Source: Trichodesmium erythraeum IMS101 (lineage in GTDB: Bacteria > Cyanobacteriota > Cyanobacteriia > Cyanobacteriales > Microcoleaceae). Taken from it: a stretch of DNA of 32,000 bases. Every line of letters begins with the position of its first letter. The stretch's first letter is position 1. Below the pieces are notes generated by a model that did not search any database, was not told where the DNA came from, and worked only from the letters and a program-made list of their open reading frames with translations. This document shows, piece by piece, positions 22,101 to 29,481 of this stretch. Location: positions 1,590,001 to 1,622,000 of the forward strand of contig NC_008312.1 of NCBI RefSeq assembly GCF_000014265.1, written 5' to 3'. The translations under genes and the position numbers were made by a program.

Positions 22101-22825
22101 ATCACCTACTTATTTCTTGAAATTTTTAATTCTAGATTTGGAATTTTGAACTTTGAATTTGGAATTTTAAATTTTGAATGTAGGATTTTTTTCCTTTTCC
22201 CTTTTCCCTCTTTCCTTTTTTCCTTAAACTTCAGAAAATTTGAGTAGAGTTATCCATATTTATGAAATTTTTAGCAGAAAACCGAAACCATAACTTAAAT
22301 TAGAAGACCTCAAAAGTTTCCCATTATCATCACCTACTTATTTCTTGAAATTTTTAATTCTAGACTTGGAATTTTGAACTTTGAATTTTTGAATTTTTGA
22401 ATTTTAAATTTTGAATGTTGGATTTTTTTCCTTTTCCCTTTTCCCTCTTTCCTTTTTTCCTTAAACTTCAGAAAATTTGAGTAGAGTTATCCATATTTAT
22501 CAAACTTTTAGCAGAAAACCGAAACCATAACTTAAATTAGAAGACCTCAAAAGTTTCCCATTATCATCACCTACTTATTTCTTGAAATTTTTAATTCTAG
22601 ACTTGGAATTTTGAACTTTGAATTTTTGAATTTTTGAATTTTAAATTTTGAATGTTGGATTTTTTTCCTTTTCCCTTTTCCCTCTTTCCTTTTTTCCTTA
22701 AACTTCAGAAAATTTGAGTAGAGTTATCCATATTTATCAAACTTTTAGCAGAAAACCGAAACCATAATTTAAATTTGAAGACCTCAAAAGTTTCCCATTA
22801 TAATCACCTAATCATCACCTACTTA
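19155..22825 (+). repeat. Tandem array A: 15 full + 1 partial units of 228/237/251 bp
   Basis: The unit marker GAAAATTTGAGTAGAG recurs at 19155, 19392, 19630, 19867, 20104, 20332, 20583, 20834, 21062, 21290, 21527, 21778, 22006, 22234, 22471 and 22708. Each unit has a (T)GAATTTT microsatellite and a 34-nt pyrimidine tract. The array ends 19 nt before the target-1 ATG. Confidence 0.95.
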
Positions 22826-22843
22826 TTTAACTGAAAAAATATC

Positions 22844-24713
22844 ATGCGTTGCCTAAACTGCTATACCGATGGTATCCCACTTGAGACAGAAATATGTTCC
22901 AACTGTGGCGCATACCTACCATCACTGACCCGAGACCTTCTCAAACCAGGAACTCAACTTCGAGCCCAGACCTATCGAATAGACTACCCCTTAGGTCGAG
23001 GAGGGTTCGGCGTTACCTATTGAGGACACCACACATTATTAGAACAAATAGTCGCCATCAAAGAATACTATCCCCAAAACTACCCCCTGCGACACCCCAC
23101 CACTGGCGGCTTCACCATTCCCACAAACCAACAGGAAATATTTCAACGGGGTTTACAAAGATTTCTCCGAGAAGGGAAAATATTAGCCCAACTAAATCAT
23201 CTTCACGTGGTGGGGGTAACTGACTTATTTAAGGAAAATGAAACAGCTTACATGGTGATGGAGCTAGTTACAGGAAAAAGTCTCAGAAAAGAATTAGACT
23301 CTCAACCCCAGAAAAAATTTCCTCCTCAAAAAGTCAAAAAAATAATTACTGACCTCGTATCAGCATTATCCGCAGTACATAAAAAAGGAATATTTCACCT
23401 GGATATAAAACCCGATAATATTTTGCTAACTCCAGAAGGGCGGTTAGTATTAATTGACTTTGGCTCAGCACAACAAACCTTTGGTACTTCCATGGCTACT
23501 TCCAGCACTCGGACTTTTACTGAAGGTTATGTAGCTCCGGAAGTTCTCGCCGGGGGAGAAGTAGGAGTAGAAAGCGATATTTTTGAAGTCGGAATGATGG
23601 TTTATGAAATGTTGAGTGGGCAGTTACCTCCTAATGCTTTGGAACGTTTATTATTAAAAGCAAAAGGAAAAAGTTGGGAACCAGAAGGTTTAGAGTCATC
23701 TTGGCAAAAGCTGATAATGTCGGCTTTGGTTTTGGAAAAGGAAGGTCGCCCTGGAAATGTTGAAAAGTGGTGGGAGATAAATTTTCAGGAAAAATCAACT
23801 GACAGGACTCAGGAGTCAAAATTGAAAATATGGGAATTTATACAGAGAAAGAAAGATGTAAATTCTCCACCCCGACAAAAATTTAGTTTTGAGGTAATAA
23901 AGGTTAATTCCCGGGGTAAAGAAATTGACCGTCGTTCCTACGAAGCAGAATTTTTCGCAGAAAATTTAGGTAGGGGAGGGGGGTAGTCTTGGAAATGGTT
24001 TATATTCCTGGGGGAAGTTTTCTCATGGGGTCGCCGGAAAATGAGGCGGAAAGATACTCAATAAACTCTGATGAAGGTCCCCAACATCAAGTAAATCTCC
24101 AGCCTTTTTATATGAGCAAATATTCTATTACTCAAGACCAGTACCAAGCATGGGAAATAATCCTTCTTACTTTAAAGGAGGAAAACGCCCAGTAGAAAAA
24201 GTGAGCTGGCACGACGCTACAAAGTTTTGTCAGAAGCTATCATCAAAAACTGGGAAAATTTACACACTACCTAGTGAGAGTCAATGGAAATATGCTTGTC
24301 GCGCCGGGACTACTGCTCCTTTTTATTTTGGAGAAACTATAACGCCTGGGTTAGTTAACTACAGTGGTAACTATCCTTACGCCAATGCTCCTAAAGGAAA
24401 ATATCGAGGAGAAACAACAGATATAGGAAGTTTTCCTCCTAATGCTTTTGGTTTATATGATATGCACGGCAATGTTTGGGAATGGTGTCTAGATACTTGC
24501 CACGATAATTATAATGGAGCACCTACTGATGGAAGTTCTTGGGAAAGTGGGGGTGATAGTAATGACAGGTTGCTCCGTGGCGGTTGCTGGATCCACAATT
24601 CTAGATTTTGCCGGAGTGCCTGGCGCAACTATCTCTATGCCGACTACCTCTCCAACGATAGGGGTTTTCGAGTCATCTCCTCTTCCCCGGTGGTTTCTGG
24701 CTTTCATTCCTAG
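22844..24713 (+). pseudogene. DGR target 1: zinc-ribbon / Ser/Thr kinase / FGE-sulfatase (C-type lectin fold) protein, disrupted
   Basis: Collinear along its full length with the intact paralog at 29340-31193. It carries an in-frame TGA at 23021-23023 (the paralog has CGA Arg in GVTYRGHH). A frameshift sits near 23965-23990 (an extra 5 nt relative to the paralog). A second frameshift sits near 24145-24152 (4 nt missing). ORF pieces 23207-23986, 23989-24195 and 24150-24713 belong to it. Confidence 0.85.
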
Positions 24714-24721
24714 TATTCTTC
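24572..24721 (+). other. DGR variable repeat VR1 (3' end of target 1, runs 8 nt past the stop)
   Basis: Gap-free alignment to TR at offset 2031. There are 15 mismatches, 12 of them at TR adenines. The 3' IMH-like part is identical to TR except at 24680 (C in VR1, G in TR). Confidence 0.85.
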
Positions 24722-24730
24722 CACTTTTTA

Positions 24731-24775
24731 CTTTTCCCCTTTCCCCCTTTTTCCTTCTTTCCTTTTTCCTCTTTT
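24731..24775 (+). repeat. 45-nt uninterrupted polypyrimidine tract just downstream of VR1
   Basis: CTTTTCCCCTTTCCCCCTTTTTCCTTCTTTCCTTTTTCCTCTTTT. Related tracts occur in every array A/A' unit and about 50 nt downstream of the target-2 stop (purine strand at 29251-29289). No such tract follows TR. Confidence 0.8.
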
Positions 24776-25166
24776 GAGTCCCGCTTTAGCCGGCCGAAAT
24801 TTTTTTTCAAATTTAGGGTTGTTATGGCTTAGGCCATAGATAAGAAAGCCAAGGTCCCAAAATTTGAAGTAGGTTGGGCCTCAGAACGAAACCCAACATT
24901 CTCCCAATGGCAATAACGGCCTTATACCAAGGACTTATCTTGATACTGAAATATGAAATACTGAAATTATTAGGGGGTAAAAGTTTTAAAAGTTGAAAGT
25001 TTTAATCCATGACTTTTGATTTTGGTAAGGGGGGGTTGACTTCTAAAAACCGTGAAAAAAAAAGATTAATTTCATGGGAAAGAAACTGAAAAACAGTTAG
25101 CTTTAGGTTTTCTATTGACTCTTTTTGCACTTCCCCGAAATAGTATAAAAATTTAATCGCTATAGA

Positions 25167-25469
25167 ATGAACGAATTATCAATTATCCAAAAAACTTACG
25201 ACTTAATCATTTGGTATGTACCAATAATTAACAGACTACCTAAAACTCACAAATTTCAAATTGGCGATCGCTTAGTCAACAACTTATATAATTTTCTAGA
25301 ACTACTAATTATTGCCAAATATGCCTCAGAAAAACTCAACATACTAGAATCTCTAAACCCCAAACTAGACATAGTTCGTTATCAAAACAGAATTATTTTA
25401 GACTTCCAAATAATCAACAATAAACGCTACGAATATATCAGCCAAATAATCACAGAAATAGGCAAATAA
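25167..25469 (+). CDS. avd: Avd-like DGR accessory protein (four-helix-bundle, 23S-rRNA-IVS protein family), probably truncated at the C-terminus by a TAA
   Basis: 100 aa, helical. N-terminal YDLIIWYVPIINRLPKTHKFQIGDRL matches the Avd/IVS-protein pattern. Directly after the stop at 25467-25469 the same frame continues as LGIWIKQQKPKNP* (to 25511), resembling the usual Avd tail ..LGGW.K. Confidence 0.7.
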   Translation: MNELSIIQKTYDLIIWYVPIINRLPKTHKFQIGDRLVNNLYNFLELLIIAKYASEKLNILESLNPKLDIVRYQNRIILDFQIINNKRYEYISQIITEIGK

Positions 25470-25521
25470 TTAGGAATTTGGATTAAACAACAAAAACCGA
25501 AAAATCCTTAAACCATCAAAC

Positions 25522-26581
25522 ATGAAAAGACAGAAAAACTTATATCCCCAAATTACATGTTTTGACAACCTCCTCCTCGCAGCAAAAAAATCCCAGAAAG
25601 GAAAAAAATATAAACAGAATTTTCTGAAATTTAACTACAACTTAGAATTCATAATTACTACAACTAAAAACAGAATTATAAACTAAAACCTATCAACCAG
25701 GAAAATATAACACCTTGAAAATTATCGAAAGAAAACCCAGAATAATTTCCGCAGCTCCCTACCGAGACCGAATCATCCATCACGCCTTATGTAATATTAT
25801 TATTCCCATCTTTGAAAAAACATTTATCTACGATACTTATGCCAATAGAATCAATTTTGGTACTCATAAAGCCCTAAGTCGCTTCACCAAATTTTCCTGT
25901 TCCAGCTGTTACGTTTTACAATGCGACATAGTTAAATATTTTCCCAGCATCGACCATCAAATTCTCAAAGAAATTATTCGTCGCCAAATCAAATGTCAAG
26001 ATACTCTCTGGTTAATTGAAAAAATTATTGATGGAAGTAACCAACAAATTCCGGTATTAACTAAATTTCCCGGAGACGACTTACTCTCTTCAATAAATAG
26101 GAGAAAAGGTTTACCCCTAGGAAATTTAACTAGCCAATTTTTCGCCAACTTATACCTCAATAATTTCGATCATTTCATCAAAGAAGAACTGAAAGTCAAA
26201 AAATATCTACGTTATGTCGATGACTTTGCTTTATTCTCAGACGACAAAAAATTTCTAGTTATTGCCAGACAAAAAATTGAAACATATCTAGCCAACCTCT
26301 GCCTCAAGATTCATCCTATTAAAAGCCAATTATTTCAAACAAAAAAAGGAGCTAACTTTGTTGGTTTCCTAGTATTGCCAAACCGCATTAGAATACGTTC
26401 AGAAAATTTAAGAGCTGCCAGAAAAAAAATTCGACAATTACACGCACATTATCGACAAGGAAACATAGAATCTAGCCACATCCAAAAATCTCTACAAAGT
26501 TGGTTTGCTCATTTAGACCATGGCAATACCTGGCGCTTGAAACAAAAAATACTAACTTTTCTCAATACTATGGGAGAATAA
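25522..26581 (+). pseudogene. DGR-type reverse transcriptase, N-terminal region disrupted
   Basis: MKRQKNLYPQITCFDNLLLAAKKSQKGKKY..NYNLE reads in frame 1. After a 1-nt frameshift near 25648-25655 the sequence continues as [46 protein letters not shown]..., with an in-frame TAA at 25679-25681. It has the DGR-RT motif [17 protein letters not shown] and RYVDDF. It is collinear with Bordetella bRT as I recall it. The longest open piece is 25715-26581. Confidence 0.85.
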
Positions 26582-26599
26582 TTACGGGACTGACAAACC

Positions 26600-26752
26600 A
26601 AAGCTCCGTGGCGGTAGCTGGAACCACAATTCTAGACATTGCCGGAGTGCCAGGGGCAACTATAAAAATGCCGACAACCTCAACAACAATAGGGGTTTTC
26701 GAGTCATCTCGTCTTCCCCGGTGGTTTCTGGCTTTCATTCCTAGTATTCTTC
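26600..26752 (+). other. DGR template repeat (TR), 19 nt downstream of the RT stop
   Basis: Homologous to VR1 and VR2. Adenine-rich, and in the target frame it reads ..GGSWNHNSRHCRSARGNYKNADNLNNNRGFRVISSSPVV. The ORF-track entry 26500-26769 is an out-of-frame reading of it. Confidence 0.85.
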
Positions 26753-26763
26753 ATTGCCTGAGT

Positions 26764-27208
26764 TGGTAAATGGGAATTTATCAAGAGTGTGGAAGAGTCC
26801 AGTCAGTTCCTGAGTTTTTAATCAAGCTTCCGAAAATCAACCAGAGTTAGACAGCTGAGTGGGTTTGCCGAAAGGTTGTCTGATTCTTTTCAATTCCTGG
26901 AAGAATGATAAAAGCAGTAGTTGCTTTTGCTCCTATCAACACTCATTGAACTAGGGTATATTTTTATCCTTTATCCTCATTCTCGGGAGCTCCAAAAAAC
27001 TGTCGCCGACCCAAAAATCAGGGTTGCATGCTGAAGAAAATTTTGGTATTATCATGTTAGTAGGTGTAGCTCGCCCATACACTAGACTTTTTATTCAACA
27101 TAAAACCACTGCTAAAAATCAAAACCGCCAAAACCACCAGAGAAAAATTAGTCATTTTCAGCAAATAAGAATCAGAGAAAAAAAGAAACCGGCAGAATAA
27201 TAGACTGG
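26764..27208 (+). repeat. Extra tandem copy of the about 440-bp promoter module, beginning 11 nt after TR
   Basis: 26764-27208 and 27209-27650 are direct repeats (TGGTAAATGGGAATTTATCAAGAGTGTGGAAGA...). They differ by substitutions and small indels. Confidence 0.8.
27024..27052 (+). promoter_or_regulatory. Module promoter, copy in the extra tandem unit
   Basis: TTGCAT (27024-27029), a 17-nt spacer, then TGgTATTAT (-10 at 27047-27052). The box ACTAGACTTTTTATTCAAC is at 27081-27099. Confidence 0.5.
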
Positions 27209-27458
27209 TAAATGGGAATTTATCAAGAGTGTGGAAGAATCCACTCAGTTCCAGAGTTTTTAATCAAGCTTCCGAAAATCAACCAGAGTTAGACAGCTGA
27301 GTGGGTTTGCCGAAAGGTTGTCTGATTCTTTTCAATTCCTGGAAGAATGATAAAAGCAGTAGTTGCTTTTGCTCTTATCAAGACTAATTGAACTAGGGTA
27401 TATTTTTATCCTCATTTTCTGGGGCTCAAAAAACTGGCGCCGACCAAAAAAATCAGGG

Positions 27459-27487
27459 TTGCATCCCGAAGAAAATTTTGGTATTAT
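27459..27487 (+). promoter_or_regulatory. Module promoter, duplicate of the PP2C operon promoter
   Basis: TTGCAT (27459-27464), a 17-nt spacer, then TGgTATTAT (-10 at 27482-27487). The box is at 27516-27534. Confidence 0.5.
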
Positions 27488-27907
27488 CATGTTAGTTAGG
27501 TGATATCGCCTACGCACTAGACTTTTTATTCAACATAAGACCACTGCTAAAAATCAAAAAAATTCCGTTTTCTTATCACACAAAAAATAATTTGTCAAAA
27601 CCGCCAAAACCACCAGAGAAAAATTAGTCATTTTGAGCAAAGAAGAATCAGAAAAAAACAAACCAAGACAACGGCAGAATAAGAATTAAGAGCCATAAAA
27701 ATGAATTAAAGTATAAGCGTAGAAAATTATATCCTATGTATAGGATATCACAAAATCTCAAAAAAGCGCCAAAAACATTGAAACCTCATTCAGCAACTCA
27801 GAAAAATTTGCCAATTTAACAACGGCAGAAAAACCGTAAAATTTAAAATATTAAAACCAAAAAGCAAAAACTATAAAATTATCTAATTTTAATCCCAAGA
27901 GCCAAAA

Positions 27908-28054
27908 ATGAAAACAACAAACATTGAATATGTAAGTCGTAGCGAAACTAACAAACGACCGAAAAACGAAGACAGCTTCATCATCTGCCAACTCACCCCA
28001 AACCCAAAGCAAAGCCCATTAACATTATTAGCAATATCAGATGGAATAGGAGGT
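27908..28054 (+). pseudogene. Truncated duplicate of PP2C codons 1-49
   Basis: Reads MKTTNIEYVSRSETNKRPKNEDSFIICQLTPNPKQSPLTLLAISDGIGG, the same as 18409-18263. Homology stops at 28054, where array A' begins. Confidence 0.85.
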
Positions 28055-29339
28055 AAGGAAAAAAATTCAAGATTCAAAATTTAAAATTCCAAATTCAAAG
28101 TTCAAAATTCCAAATCTAGAATTAAAAATTTCAAGAAATAAGTAGGTGATGATAATGGGAAACCTTTGAGTTCTTCAAATTCAAATTATGGTGTTGGTTT
28201 TCTGCCAAAAGTTTGATAAGTATGGATAACTCCACTCAAATTTTCTGAAGTTTAAGGAAAAAAGGAAAGAGGAAAAAGGGAAAAGGGAAAAGGAAAAAAA
28301 ATCCAAATTCCAAATTCAAAAATTCCAAATTTAAAATTCCAAATTCAAAGTTCAAAATTCCAAATCTAGAATTAAAAATTTCAAGAAATAAGTAGGTGAT
28401 GATAATGGGAAACCTTTGAGGTCTTCAAATTCAAATTATTGCGCCGGTCTTCTGCTAAAAGTTTGATAAGTATGGATAACTCCACTTAAATTTTCTGAAG
28501 TTTAAGGAAAAAAGGAAAGAGGGAAAAGGGAAAAGGAAAAAAAATCCTAAGTTCAAAATTTAAAATTCCAAATTCAAAGTTCAAAATTCCAAATCTAGAA
28601 TTAAAAATTTCAAGAAATAAGTAGGTGATGATAATGGGAAACCTTTGATGTCTTCAAATTCAAATTATGGTGCCGGTCTTCTGCTAAAAATTTCATAAAA
28701 AATATGGATAACTCCACTCAAATTTTCTGAAGTTTAAGGAAAAAAGGAAAGAGGGAAAAGGGAAAAGGAAAAAGGGAAAAGGAAAAAAATTCCAAATTCC
28801 AAATTCAAAAATTCCAAATTTAAAATTCCAAATTCAAAGTTCAAAATTCTAAATCTAGAATTAAAAATTTCAATAAATAAGTAGGTGATGATAATGGGAA
28901 ACCTTTGAGGTCTTCAAATTCAAATTATTGCGCCGGTCTTCTGCTAAAAGTTTGATAAGTATGGATAACTCCACTTAAATTTTCTGAAGTTTAAGGAAAA
29001 AAGGAAAGAGGGAAAAGGGAAAAGGAAAAAGGGAAAAGGAAAAAAATTCCAAATTCCAAATTCAAAAATTCCAAATTTAAAATTCCAAATTCAAAGTTCA
29101 AAATTCCAAATCTAGAATTAAAAATTTCAATAAATAAGTAGGTGATGATAATGGGAAACCTTTGAGGTCTTCAAATTCAAATTATTGCGCCGGTCTTCTG
29201 CTAAAAGTTTGATAAGTATGGATAACTCCACTCAAATTTTCTGAAGTTTAAGGAAAAAAGGAAAGACAGAAAAGGGAAAAGGAAAAAAATCCTAAATTCA
29301 AAACCTAAAATTAAAAATTAAAAATCCAAAAGAAAAACA
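28055..29339 (-). repeat. Tandem array A' (inverted copy of the array A family), about 5 units of 232-257 bp
   Basis: The marker CTCAAATTTTC (reverse complement of GAAAATTTGAG; two copies read CTTAAATTTTC) ends at 28245, 28495, 28727, 28984 and 29241. These units have diverged somewhat from array A units. The array abuts the target-2 stop codon at 29340. Confidence 0.9.
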
Positions 29340-29481
29340 CTAAGAATTAAAAGCAGAAACCACCGGGGAAGATGAGACAACCCGAAAACCCCTATAGTAG
29401 TAAAGATCATCGGCATTGTAATAGAAGCGCCAGGCACTACGACAATTTGTAGAATAGCTGTCCCAGCAACCGCCACGGAGC
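29340..29481 (-). other. Variable repeat VR2 (TR-homologous 3' end of target 2)
   Basis: Gap-free alignment to TR 26603-26744 gives 30 mismatches, 15 at TR adenines and 15 elsewhere (mostly C->T). It is TR-related but not a clean product of this TR. Confidence 0.6.

Larger units (their letters stand above)
27165..28054. repeat. Right arm of the 0.89-kb inverted repeat
   Basis: Reverse complement of 18263-19153. It includes the promoter, the leader and 147 nt of PP2C coding sequence. Confidence 0.85.

Noticed and set aside
19155-22825. Considered whether arrays A/A' (and B, C) are CRISPR arrays.
   Set aside because: The entire 228-251-bp unit is repeated, with no unique spacers between short direct repeats. 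Unit length is far outside CRISPR repeat+spacer periodicity, and no cas genes are present in the window.
22894-23223. Shadow ORFs: 22894-23223, 23631-23819, 24489-24707, 30212-30691, 15636-15830, 16123-16368, 2100-2327, 9444-9743, 7532-7723.
   Set aside because: These are alternative-frame or antisense ORFs inside better-supported genes, pseudogenes or repeats. Composition is biased (Pro/Ser/Arg- or Phe/Leu-rich) and no motifs are present.
24514-24777. ORF-track entries 24514-24777, 26500-26769 and 29318-29560 encode mutually similar peptides (..SVAVAG..IL.....VPGA.I.MP....TIGVF..).
   Set aside because: They are out-of-frame readings of VR1, TR and VR2. Their similarity reflects the DGR repeats and not a gene family. 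The in-frame reading belongs to the FGE/CLec domain.
28141-28170. A tiny SD-preceded ORF in every array A/A' unit (AGGTGATGATAATGGGAAAC[C/T]TTTGA, reading MIMGN[L/F]*).
   Set aside because: At six codons, with no conservation evidence beyond the repeat itself, it cannot be distinguished from chance in a repeated unit.
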